Positions 1-11,961 of a stretch of DNA of 64,000 nt are shown here, piece by piece. The stretch spans positions 1 through 64,000 of the forward strand of contig OZ374560.1 in the NCBI GenBank assembly GCA_977862235.1, in the 5' to 3' direction. The DNA comes from Dudresnaya verticillata (taxonomy: Eukaryota). Under the pieces are notes generated by a model. The model searched no databases. It was not told the origin of the DNA and saw only the letters and a program-made list of their open reading frames with translations. Numbering within the stretch: position 1 is the stretch's first letter; every line of letters starts with the position of its first letter. A program made the position numbers and the translations under genes.

Positions 1-1281
1 AAACTACAAGTTATAACTAACCTAACTATACCCTAAACCCTAAACCCCTAAACCCCTAAACCCCTAAACCCCTAAAACCACTTAACTCACCTAAACCCTA
101 AACCCCTAAACCCCTAAAACCCCTAAACCCCTAAACCCCTAAACCCCCTACCCCCTAAACCCCAAAACCCCTAAAACCCCTAAACCCCTAAACCCCTAAA
201 CCCCTAAACCCCTAAACCCCTAAACCCCTAAACCCCTAAACCCCTAAACCCCTAAACCCCTAAACCCCTAAACCCCTAAACCCCTAAACCCCTAAACCCC
301 TAAACCCCTAAACCCCTAAACCCCTAAACCCCTAAACCCCTAAACCCCTAAACCCCTAAACCCCTAAACCCCTAAACCCCTAAACCCCTAAACCCCTAAA
401 CCCCTAAACCCCTAAACCCCTAAACCCCTAAACCCCTAAACCCCTAAACCCCTAAACCCCTAAACCCCTAAACCCCTAAACCCCTAAACCCCTAAACCCC
501 TAAACCCCTAAACCCCTAAACCCCTAAACCCCTAAACCCCTAAACCCCTAAACCCCTAAAACCCCTAAACCCCTAAACCCCTAAACCCCTAAACCCCTAA
601 ACCCCTAAACCCCTAAACCCCTAAACCCCTAAACCCCTAAACCCCTAAACCCCTAAACCCCTAAAACCCCTAAACCCCTAAACCCCTAAAACCCCTAAAC
701 CCCTAAACCCCTAAAACCCCTAAACCCCTAAAGCCCTAAACCCCTAAAACCCCTAAAACCCCTAAACCCCTAAAACCCCTAAACCCCTAAACCCCTAAAC
801 CCCTAAAACCCCTAAACCCCTAAACCCCTAAACCCCTAAACCCCTAAACCCCTAAAACCCCTAAACCCCTAAAACCCCTAAAACCCCTAAACCCCTAAAA
901 CCCCTAAACCCCTAAAAACCCCTAAACCCCTAAACCCCTAAACCCCTAAACCCCTAAACCCCTAAACCCCTAAACCCCTAAACCCCTAAACCCTAAACCC
1001 CTAAATAACCCCTAAACCCCTAAAACCCCTAAAAACCCCTAAACCCCTAAACCCCTAAACCCCTAAACCCCTAAACCCCTAAACCCCTAAACCCCTAAAC
1101 CCCTAAACCCCTAAACCCCTAAACCCCTAAACCCTAAAACCCCTAAACCCCTAAAACCCTAAACCCCTAAACCCCTAAACCCCTAAACCCCTAAACCCCT
1201 AAACCCCTAAACCCCTAAACCCCTAAACCCCTAAACCCCTAAAACCCCTAAACCCCTAAAACCCCTAAACCCCTAAAGCCC
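1..1281. repeat. Telomeric array (CCCCTAAA)n, i.e. TTTAGGGG on the G strand
   Basis: Tandem 8-mer from the window start. The first ~100 bp are noisy. Variants CCCCTAAAA, CCCTAAA and GCCCTAAA increase proximally. C-rich strand at the 5' end, as expected for a left chromosome end. Confidence 0.97.
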
Positions 1282-1547
1282 TAAGCAACCTTAGCCCAAT
1301 CCTTTACGGTTTTCCCCGCGCCGAGCCCGTTGCGGTCTACCACCACCACCGTTACAGAGTCCGTCCCGGCACTTGTACCACCCCCTTGTCTGTTGCTTCC
1401 CAATATCCGTTGCGGTTAGCCGCTAGCTGTTCTCCCGTTACGGTTCGAACTGCTCTACCACCCCGTGGAGGTAGTGTTGCTCTCGTCCGTTAAGGAAAGT
1501 CAGGCCAGCTGTCCGTCTCGGAGTTCGTGGGTTTTCACTACACCACA
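1282..1547 (+). repeat. E1 5' LTR remnant (last 266 bp of the LTR)
   Basis: Matches 12353-12618 with 5 substitutions by manual alignment; ends ...CACTACACCACA. Confidence 0.95.
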
Positions 1548-1552
1548 TCTTT

Positions 1553-1570
1553 TGGTCTCCCGACCTAGAA
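1553..1570 (+). promoter_or_regulatory. E1 primer-binding site, probably tRNA-Tyr
   Basis: TGGTCTCCCGACCTAGAA just after the LTR, complementary to a tRNA 3' end ...UUCUAGGUCGGGAGACCA (C1-G72 and A73 are typical of eukaryotic tRNA-Tyr). The same PBS occurs in E2. Confidence 0.75.
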
Positions 1571-1695
1571 CACCGTCACGGTTGGAAGAAACAGCCGTCG
1601 AAATCCGCTACGGTAGGAATTCGGCTGTACCGACAACCCGATACGGAATATTGGATAGACAAGCAAGAACAACCGTTGTGTTCCGTTAAGGTATC

Positions 1696-4176
1696 ATGCA
1701 GAACGAAGAACACGCAGACCCTCCCGTTACGGAATCTAAAGCGGGTGACACTACCCCCGCTGCGCGCAGTCTGCGCAGTGAAGGAGGTGAAATCCGTTCC
1801 GGAGTGGAGAACCCAGAAGACATCCTAAAGGGTGCTGCTGGTAAAGCTCCCCGTTCCCGTGTCGGATCAGACGCCTCTAAGAAGGCTGCTCCGCAACCCA
1901 AGCCGGAATCCCATCGGGTCCACTGGGTCCTGTCGGAGGTCCTTCCTAAGGTGTTAGAGCATCTCCGATTGGAAGTACAACCTGGAATGGTGAAAGAGAT
2001 GGAGATATCCCTCTCGGAAACTGTTCCGTCTTTGGTTAATTCCTATCTGGAGCAGCACCTTCCTCGGATAGTGCAAGCTTTGATCCTACAGGAAAAGGTG
2101 GCCGCCGAGCTCGAGAGCCAGATTGCTCCCGGAATGGCAAGGCCTCCCGCTACGGAAGCTTTTACTAAGCAACCACCGTTACGGAATGAATTCCCGGTCG
2201 AGGGAAGAACGCAGCAGCCGCAACAACCCCCCGTTATGGGATTGCCGCCGGGTACAGTACCCTCTGGGCCACTGCCACCGGCTCCCGTAACGGATTCTCA
2301 ACGTCAACAAGCCCCTACGGGACCAACACACACTCAGCCACCGTTACGGTATTCTCCTAGACACGTAGATGTGCCTACGCCAGGGCGCTATCAGCAAGAG
2401 CGCTATACCGTTCCGGTTAGAACAGGTGGAGGCAGCGACCATCTCAGCGATGCGTCCAGCTCACACCATCCGAGTCGGAGGACCGGTCGAGGTCGGCATA
2501 AACGAGATGCCCGACACTCCCGCTCTGACCCTCCCCGTCAGTCGCACATGGGCGACCACACCCAGCGACGACGCCACCAATCCGGTACGGAATCCAATGA
2601 GAGCAGCTTAGAGGATAGCCAACACCGCCGCCGCAAGAGGGGAAACAGAAGATCGCGGAAACGCGAAAAAGGGCATAACTCCTCTACCTCTACGGATTCA
2701 GACTCAGAGAGTTCTTCCGTAACGGATAGAGAGAACAGGCACCGGGCCAGAAAACACGGTGCCAAATCCGGAAAGGTGAAGGTAATCCGGCCGCTACATG
2801 ACAAGTTTGTCAAGGCGCTGGACTACCGCACCTACCGATTGGATAAGAGGAGTAAGACATACGGCTCTAAGTTCTCACAGAACATGAGCCGTATACGGAA
2901 GAAACTCGACGTCCAGATGTCGTCCCATACATTCGATGGGACGGACCCTATTACCGTCTTGGGATTTATCGCCAAGTTCCGTGACGGTTGTAACATCAAC
3001 GGCATCGCCGAAGGGGTTGCCGTCTGGTGCTTCCAGTTTTTCCTTAAAGGACAGGCCGAAGCCCTTCTACAGGCTAGGCTTGCTGGAGGTACCATGGCGG
3101 TTGACGTGGAGCAGGCCGAGATGCTCCGCACATATTCCGAGGTGGTGAACGTTTTATTGAGAACCTACGCTACGGATGAAGTGATTGCTGAAGCCTATAC
3201 GGATGTCAGCAACTTCAGGCAAACATCCGCCATGACGGAAGAGCAGATCTCGAACCAGCTCTGAGCCAAGGCTCTCCGTTGCGGTACAGTATTTTCCGAT
3301 CGGGCATTGAAGTCACTGTTCGTTGAAGGACTCCTACCGGGTACTCGTCAACAGATGAGAAATTATCTAGCGACGCATTCCCAGTTGGATTACCAGGCCA
3401 TCACTCGCTATGCGACTGGCCTGGGTCAGTCCCATCGGGCAGCGCGACGCCAAACCGTTCCGGCTCACGTCTTTGAAGGGCGCACTAAAGCACGCCCGTC
3501 TAAGGTGTTGTCGCTGGATTCCGTATCGGATGTACACTATGAGTCGCAAGGGAATCTTTCCGCTACGGATAATCAAGTGCTAGCCGTCGAGGGAGGCCAC
3601 GGTGCCGCTACGGGTACGAGCACGGGGGTTACCTTTTCTACCCCGTACTCCTCGCCCCCGCAAAGCGTCCACCCTACTCCGCCCAGGATGCCACGCGCGC
3701 AAGGTCCCCCCTATGGTGGATCTCGCCCGGCTCCTGGCCCCCAACAGCAGCCGAGTCACCGTTACGGAAATAATGCCCACGATGGGCGAGGACAACAGCA
3801 ACCAGCACCTCCGCTACGGGATGAGTCGGATCCTCGGGTCCGACGCCTTTACGGAAGTGGTAACTGTCGCATCTGCCTTTCGCCAGAGCACGTTGTTTGC
3901 CCATGGATACATGACTCCGATCGGGTTAGGCTTATGGAAGAGCGCGAGCGCAACTTCCAGAAGCACTACCCTGTAGGCCGCAGGTTCGTAGTAGGAACCA
4001 GTTCGAATCCGCAAGGGAATCGGGGCAGGCCGCAAACGCCCCCTCCGCAACGGAATGCCCCGATACTATCGGTGGAGGACCATGAAGGAGTGGAACTCGC
4101 AGAATTGCGCGAGCCCATGGAGGCGGATCCGACTGGTGCAACCTTGAATTCGGAAAACTCAAGGGGGGATGCGTAA
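1696..4176 (+). pseudogene. gag: E1 gag, one in-frame TGA at 3262-3264
   Basis: ORFs 1696-3264 and 3307-4176 are in the same frame. Retrotransposon gag core (FDGTDPITVLGF...LRTYAT...LFVEGL) and a C-x2-C-x4-H-x2-C knuckle-like motif (CRICLSPEHVVC). Confidence 0.88.
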
Positions 4177-4191
4177 GGGCGCCGCCATCCC
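4152..4191 (+). promoter_or_regulatory. Putative -1 ribosomal frameshift signal (gag/pol)
   Basis: G-GAA-AAC heptamer followed ~6 nt later by a GGGGATG...CATCCCC stem. The pol frame is -1 to gag and open from here. The E3 gag also ends TCG-GAA-AAC. Confidence 0.6.
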
Positions 4192-7100
4192 CGCCTCACG
4201 GCGTTCCACCTCTCGCGAGTGTGGAACCGCCAGGGGAGCGGCGAGATACCGTTACGGAACTCCCATTGGCTTATCAGACCAATGATACTATCTTCTTTAT
4301 GCAACATCAAAATTACAAGATGCAAATTACCGTGGGACGGACAGATAGCGTGATGCTTCCTTTAATATCCGTCTTGGACTCTGGCGCTGGGCCCAATCTC
4401 ATTAGTGCCAGGCGCCTTCCGCACCAATGGCTCCCACTCATACGCCCAGCAGCCAGTCCTCCATTACGGGATGCGTCTAATCGCGCTATACGCCCTCTTG
4501 GTCAGATCCAACTTTTCGTCCGTATCGGAGAGCTCCGTGCTCGCGTCCAGTTTCTAGTGGTCGCGAACTTGGCGGCTCCCTGTATTTTGGGAACTACCTT
4601 CATCGACCGCTACGTGAAGGCAATACTCCCTCCGTTACGGAAAGTTGTTTTTCATCATTACCCACCGGTATCCCTTGTTGGTCAAGCCAAAATTCCGAAG
4701 ACGGGAACCACTGCAACCCTACAGCCCTCACCTCTCTCTACCGCTACGGTTTCTCAGAAAATTCGTCTAGCAAAATCTACCCTTATTCCCCCTATGACTC
4801 AAACCACCGTAACGGTTAATACCCCCACGGGTGGGTTATGCTTTCTACAAAATCATCCTAAGCCGGCTTTTAAGCACCTTACGTTAATGGCTAATGGTAT
4901 TATGGATGTTGTACCTAACAAAACGTTTCGGATCTGGGTCTCTAATTTTTCTAACAAGCCGGTACGGTTGCCCAAATCTACTGTCGTGGGCCTCGCTACT
5001 GCTGCCCCTTCTGCTATTTTTACCGTTGACGGAATAATTCCATTTAAGGAGGGGGGAGGAATTATTCAATCATTTAATTCTAACCCTACCTCCGAAAAGG
5101 CCAGCAGCAGCTCCCCTCACGACAAGAAACTAAGCAAACCCGTAACGGAAAATACAAATACTACCGACTGGAAGGATCAAGTCCAGATCGGCACAGAAGA
5201 AGCATCGCTCCGCAAACGGATTTTAACCCTACTCGAGGAATATAAGTCGATGTGGAGTGGCGATCTTGGCAACATTACAGCTGCCAAGCACCGCATCGAG
5301 TTAACTCCCGGAGCTAAGCCAGCATACCAAGCCCCATACCGTGCCGGACATAAGCAGCGAGATCTCGAAAAGACAGAGATCGATCGCATGCTTTCCGCTA
5401 AGGTAATTGAACCAGCCTCATCGGAGTGGGCCAGCCCCGTGGTTTTCGTTCCAAAAAAGGACGGCACCATGCGGTTCTGTGTTGACTATAGAAGGCTCAA
5501 TTCCGTCACGGTTAGGGACTCATATCCCTTGCCCAGGATGGATGAATGCATAGGTTCCCTTGGGGAAGCTACTGTATTTACCACCCTGGATTGCAATAGC
5601 AGATATTGGCAAGTCGAGATTCCGGAAGAGGAAAGGGACAAAACTACCTTCACTAGCCATTTTGGCTTATACCGTTTTCGGAGAATGCCATTCGGATTGA
5701 AAAATGCACCGGCAACCTTCCAACGGGCAGTGGATATAATCCTTTCTACGGTTAAATGGCAATTTGCCCTCGTCTACCTAGACGATGTAATTGTCTACTC
5801 AAAAACAGTTACGGAACATTGCCACCACCTGAAGGAGGTCCTTATGCTGTTACAATCCGCTGGGGTAACGCTGAAGTTGTGAAAGTGTGACTTCTTCAAC
5901 GCGTCTGTACAATACCTGGGGCATGTTATCCGTCCCGGAAAATTAGAAGTGGATAATCGGAATATCCAATCCGTTAAGGTCGCGAAGCCGCCGACAAACC
6001 AAACGGAATTGCGATCCTTCTTGGGAATGTGCAACGTGTATCCTCGCTTTGTACCCAACTTCGCTCGGATTTCAGCGCCGCTAAATAAGAAAACCGGCAA
6101 GGGCTCACCCTTTGAGTTTGGAATATTATCCGATACGGAATATGAAGCCTTCGAGGAACTGAAGAGACGCCTTATCTCTCCACCTATATTGGCTCTACCC
6201 CGTCACGGATATAAATATACGTTGGACACTGACGCATGTGACCACCAAGTCGGCTGTGTCCTTCTGCAGGAACAACCGAATGGCGATCACCTCCCTATTG
6301 GATACTGGAGCCGAAGCCTCACCGATGCGGAGAAAAATTATACGACAACCGAAAAGGAATGCTTAGCCGTGGTCTGGAGCATGTTAACACTCCGACCCTA
6401 CCTTTACGACGACAAGTTTATTCTCCGAACGGATCACGATGCTCTGCGGTGGATCCTGAACCTTGCAGACTCATCTGGCCGCCTTGCCAGGTGGAGGCTC
6501 CGCCTATCGGAATTTGAATTTGAGGTGCAATACCGTCCTGGAATTAAGCATCAACTCGCCGATGGGATGTCGCGACTCCGAACGGATGGCGGTGACGATA
6601 GACCTTTGGATGAAGAGATACCCTGCTTTATCGCCGAAAATGCCGTCGACGGATTATATGAGCATGGAGCCTATTTAACCGATTGGGCCACATCGCGAGA
6701 AACCGCTACGGAAAATAACGTAATATGCGCCGTGGAGCCCGCCAGTGGGAGCGCATCCGCCTCCCCTGACAAGCCCGACACAATACCGTCACGGTTTACT
6801 GTAATCCAAGAATCCGACGCTAAGGATGGGACAATTACCAGGGAGGAGTTCCTCGAAGCGCAAGCCAGAGACCCTTTCTGTCGTCTCAAAGCCGATACGG
6901 TAGGCTCCACTGGATCACAGTTTGACTATGACCGTAACGGATTCTTGGTACGCAAGTCCCAATTGGATGGCGCTCTACAGAAGGTGGTGCCAAGCGAACT
7001 CCGTGGACGGGTATTGTATTTATCCCACTATACCCTGATGTCGGGTCACCCAGGTGGAATTAAGATGTATTACACACTCCGTCAGGATTATTATTGGCCT

Positions 7101-10100
7101 CATATGGCCAACGATGTATTTGAATACGTTCGGACATGTCGCTCCTGCGTGAAGAAAAAGGGAACCCGCTTTCGGAATCAAAGGTTTATGAAACTTTTCC
7201 CCGCTAGCGGACCTTTGGAGTTTGTCGCTATCGACATTCTCGGGCCACTCCCGAAGACAAAACGGGGTTATGTCTACGTCTTGGTAATAACCGATCGGTT
7301 CTCTAAGCTGACGCACTGTATTCCGTTACGGACAACAACAGCCGTTGTGGTGGCTAACGCCTTTCTGGACTTTTGGGTGTACGCCTACGGCGCACCCCAA
7401 TTTGTCCTAACCGATAACGGACTGCAGTTTACTGCTAAATTCTTCGACGCGGTGTGTTCCTTACTCGGAGTCAGGCACCTGCTCACCGCTGCCTACCATC
7501 CGCAGACAAATGGGCAAGCGGAGCGGTTTAATAAGACAATCGCCCAACGTTTGCGCCATTACGTTGAGGATCATCACTCCGATTGGGATTTGTACCTGCA
7601 ACCGTTGACGTATGCGTACAACATGCAGGTACACCGTATTACGGAAACAACGCCATTTGATTTGGTGCTGACACGCCACCCATGGGACATTGTTGTACGA
7701 GGGGCTCCTGTCGAGCATCAAGAAACCGTTACGGAAGGGCGTATGACCCCGGTGCTACAGAAGCGGAGCACCATGCGCCGTTTACGGTATGCGCTCCAGA
7801 CAGCGCGCACGAAGCAGACAGTGGCTCAGCAAAAAGCCAAGGCACTGTTTGACCGTAAGGTGCGCTTTAGGCCCATAATCCGTAGCGGAGATCAAGTCTA
7901 TGTCGACCGGCCGCCCCATAACTTGCGGCCGGCCGAACGCCGTGAGCGGGACCGATTGGAAGGAAAACCGGATGATGTGGGCGAGGTGGCTCAAGAAATG
8001 AAGAAACTCCTTCCGAGAGCCACGGGGCCTTATGAAGTGGAATCCGCAACGGAACATGTCGTTACAATCCGCAAGGAAGGGGTATTGATCCCAGTAAGTA
8101 TCGATCGCATCACGAAGGTTCCGATCGGAGTTGCGGTTCAGCCGGCACCCTTGATAGTGCCGCCTGTCACGCCATCAACCGTCTACGGAGAAGTAGTGCC
8201 AAATCCAGAAGGTACTACAGTAGTCCCTCAATCAGAAGGTACTACTCCCTCCGCGACGGAACCACTGCAAGCCGATACGGAATATGTGATCGACAAGATT
8301 GAAAAACGCGCACTTGTGCATCGCAACAAACGGCGATGCAAGTTGCGTTTGACAGAAGCTCTCCTGTCCTCCGACCCTACTGATGGTCCCAAAATGGTTA
8401 AGGCCGTGCTCCGAAACGCATCAGGCCCACTTGGTTCTCGGAGAGACCAACCAATTGGGAAGTTGGACCTGGCCAACTTTACAAAACACCTCGCGACAGG
8501 GGCTGGAAAAGGACATATTCCGCCCATTGTGCCCTTCGAAACTTCCCGAAACTTCGAATCTCACGTTTTCCGTGCTATAGTCAAGGCCAAACCGAAGAAG
8601 GCCACAGGCACGGATGAAGTCTTCAGCGAAGCATTCAAGGTCGCCCCAAAGTCCTTTGCGCATGTCTTGGGACTCTTTTGGGTGAAATGCAGTCAGCTCG
8701 GGTACCTATTGCAAGATTGGCAAACATCCCTGCTGGTGCCAATTTACAAACGGGGTCCCAAATCGGACCCAACCAGCTATCGACCGATTGCGCTAGTGTC
8801 GCACGGACGACAAATGCTTTCAAAGGCAATCGCGTCTATGATTCGTAAGGAGTACCAGTTTCATCCGACTCAGTTGGGGTTCCGTGAGAAAACTGGTACC
8901 GAAACCGCCATCTTAAGGCATGCAGCCAGCACAAAAGCTGGATTCCGGTACACGGCCGTGCTCGACTTGAAGTCGGCATACGATACAGTACCCCGCGAGC
9001 GGTTGATGTCGAAAGTGAATCAGAAGATGTCACCTACCACGGCGGCAATGGTCGCTCTGGAGTTACAACCAGCAACAGTAGTTACCAAGGGCGATATCAC
9101 CGGCACCACTGCAATTGTGTCGCGGGGTGTGCCTCAAGGCGTGTCTTCGAGTCCGACTTTGTACAATGTCAACATGGACTCGTATCCTGAGTTCATGGAT
9201 TTGTCAATGTCGGCCTCCGAAAGTGCTGAAGAAATCGACATTACGATCTTTGCTGACGACGTCAAGCTCCGATCCAAGACTAGTACCGGCCTCCAAACGG
9301 CCTTAGATGCGTCCACGAAATGGGCTGATCTTGAAGGTATGCAGTGGGGAACTTCAAAATGCCATGTTTTGGAGCCCGAAAACTGCACCAAACGAGCAAT
9401 GTACTACCTGAATGGTCAGAAAATTGACGTGGTAGACACTGCAAAGTACCTGGGAGTGACTCTGAAAGGTACCAAACTGGCACCTGACAAGAATTTGGAA
9501 CGAGTTAAGGCGGCTCATCAACGCCTAAACTTACTCAAGGCGGTCGGCGTACACCGCAAATATGTGCCTAGCGCACGACTTGTGGACATCTGCCGCACGT
9601 ATATCTACCCAGTTGCGGACTTTAGCACCCATTTGATGCCGATCGACACGGCAGGCAAGTGCGATTTGAGTCATCAACTCGAGTTGCTGGACTACAAAGT
9701 GGCAGAATTTGCACTTGGGTGCATTGCCAAAGAGCCTATGTGGCCTCGCAGTGGCCGCATCCGCGGGCGCCTACCACGTCATTTGAAGATGGCCAAGCTG
9801 CCGGACTGGTTGCAGCGTATCCGTCTGCGCCTTCGCAGTCTGGGTAAACGCCTCACAAAACGAGCTCACCGCAACCGTGGCGACGTGCTCGCCATGACAG
9901 ATATGTTAGAATTCCGAAGTTTCCGGGCGCAGAATAAGAGTCCTCTGGACATGAGGAACCAGGATCTCCGTGATTCGTGGGAGGGCCTGTGTCGCCAACG
10001 TCGGCGGCGCATTCCAGTTCCCGACTCTGGATTCGTTCCGATTCTACATATTAGGGATCGTAAGCTGCGAGATGCCGGGATTCGATGGTATTGTGGGTCA

Positions 10101-10676
10101 TTTCCCGGAAAACCGGATGTCCTCAAGACTCGACTTGGTCCCGAGGTCTACAGGTTGCACAAAGCCCGAATTGAGTCTGGATTGAGTGTGAAGCGTTGGA
10201 ATGCGGGCGTGCAAGCCCGACTCCTAGATAGTCTGAAGGCATTTCTGGATGTCTTAGATGACCAAAACTGTGTTGGTCAGAAGCGCAAACGCGAGGATTT
10301 GAGTCCCGTGCACAGAACGACCAAGAAGCGCAAACCAAGTTAGCAAATCATCGCATTGGAAGCATGTAGTACCGAATATGTTTTAGAGTTTGCATGAAGG
10401 TTGAAGACGTACTCCCTTGCCACATAGTGTAGCGTAGCTACAACTTAGGACACTGAGGCGTCTCTAAATAAATCACACATTTCGATTGTCGGTCACCGTG
10501 ACGAACCGATTGGGATGACGTACAAAGTCCGCTGGTACGGCTACCCTCCGGATCAGGACACCTACGAACCCGCCGAGGAATTGCCGCAGAACTTTATCTA
10601 CCGCTATTGGAAACAAAAACGAAAGAGCTCCGCTAAGGGAAAACCTCTGCGACGCGCAGGCAAGGCGCGCCGCTAA
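4158..10676 (+). pseudogene. pol: E1 pol (PR, RT, RNase H, integrase, chromodomain), with a TGA at 5880-5882 and a LINE insertion at 8302-10483
   Basis: LDSGA protease, YLDD RT, TDAC/EKECLAV RNase H, HHCC plus DILGP/TDNG/QAER integrase, GPY module. The chromodomain EYVIDK|IVGHRDEPIGMTYKVRWYGY...YEPAEEL resumes at ~10485. Confidence 0.92.
8302..10483 (+). mobile_element. 5'-truncated non-LTR retrotransposon (LINE RT), in frame with the E1 integrase
   Basis: LINE RT motifs KATGTD, YRPIAL, QLGFR, DLKSAYD, GVPQG, FADD, YLG. Stop at 10343, 3' UTR with AATAAA. Flanked by a GATTG duplication (8297-8301 / 10484-10488). Confidence 0.93.
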
Positions 10677-11948
10677 CCGTAACGGAAGACAAGCCACTGT
10701 AGCTTGGGGCAATCGCAACTCTCCGCGTTTTGGAGACACAGTTACGGGAACTGACTCTTGTCGACGTCTGCTACCGCTACGGGATGTTGTTGTCGCTCAT
10801 ACTGGGGGAAACCGCTCCGTCACGGCTTTTGTCAGCGTGAGTCGCGTATCCTACCGGAACGCGACCCATTTCCCGAAACGGCACTCTCGCATTGCCGCAG
10901 TATCGCAGTCGGCATAATCCGCCGAGGTTTCACCGGTTCCGCGGCACTCTTCCGTCACGGAATGCGCTCTAGACACCTCGGCAGAGCCGCTACGGTGTTC
11001 GTCGTGGACCATTCTGGGAGGGGCACGCCTTTTTCTTGCGATGGGCGGCCGCCCCAGCACATTTGGGCCAAGAACGGCCCCTTCCGCGACGGTACAGGAA
11101 AATTCCTCGGTCTCATTATTCTTCTCAGAGTCCCGGGGTATATATTAATATTGATGTTAATATTAATATTTTCAATATATTATATTGAAAATAATATATT
11201 AACACCGTCGCGGGTTGGGTTCATCTCAAGAGGAAGAGGTTCGTGGTGTGTCTCATAAGGGTAGGAGTGAAGGTATTCGCCTGTAACCGCTACGGATTCC
11301 TGAAACACGCCGCCTGCGACGGTTTGTGGCGTATCTAGCCCCCCAACTTCTCGCCACCCAAGTCGGAACAACTTCCGTCAGGAGGTAGCGGGTGTGAAGT
11401 ACCATCATCCGATCGGAGCACGAATTGTCCGTTGTGGATATGGGAGCGTAATCGACGGCGCGTTCGGGCAGACCGTTGGGGAAACTTATTCCGCTACGGT
11501 GAGAGCAACACTCTCCAAGAGTGTTTGTTCCTTCATGTGTGGTAGGACCCCCATGTCGGATTTTTGCAAATGCGGCTGTCTGTGAGGTGTCTGGATTGCA
11601 CTCCCGTTACGGTGAAAGAGGGGTAAGATCTGGCGTCTGCTCCGCTGACACACTGGAGGAACCCGTTGCGGATGCTTTATGAGGCAGAAGACTGGCGACC
11701 AGCCTGGGCAAGAAATCCTCGCGGATGGCACGCTACACTCTCGTCAAGCGCGTTTTGGTTATTCTCCGTGACGGAAAGGACGTCCTGGTATTGGAGGTGC
11801 GTGGGGCATCCCAGCGCATCTAAGCAAACCGTGACGGCAGTAGGGAAGTTGATGAGAGATCTGGAAAAGCTTTTCGAATCCGTTGACGGTGCGTCGGACC
11901 CAGATCGCAACTTCTTGAAGGTGGGCGCACGAGGACGTGGCGCCATTT

Positions 11949-11959
11949 AAGGAGGGGGG
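11949..11959 (+). promoter_or_regulatory. E1 polypurine tract
   Basis: AAGGAGGGGGG two bases before the LTR start TGTGGTG. Confidence 0.85.
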
Positions 11960-11961
11960 TC

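Noticed and set aside
3262..3264. Programmed stop-codon readthrough in E1 gag
   Set aside because: The stop is inside the conserved gag core where the E2 gag is open; a point mutation is simpler.
11300..11950. Possible sense ORF3 in the E1 3' region
   Set aside because: The frame of 11666-11950 extends upstream only through two stops and shows no recognisable motif.
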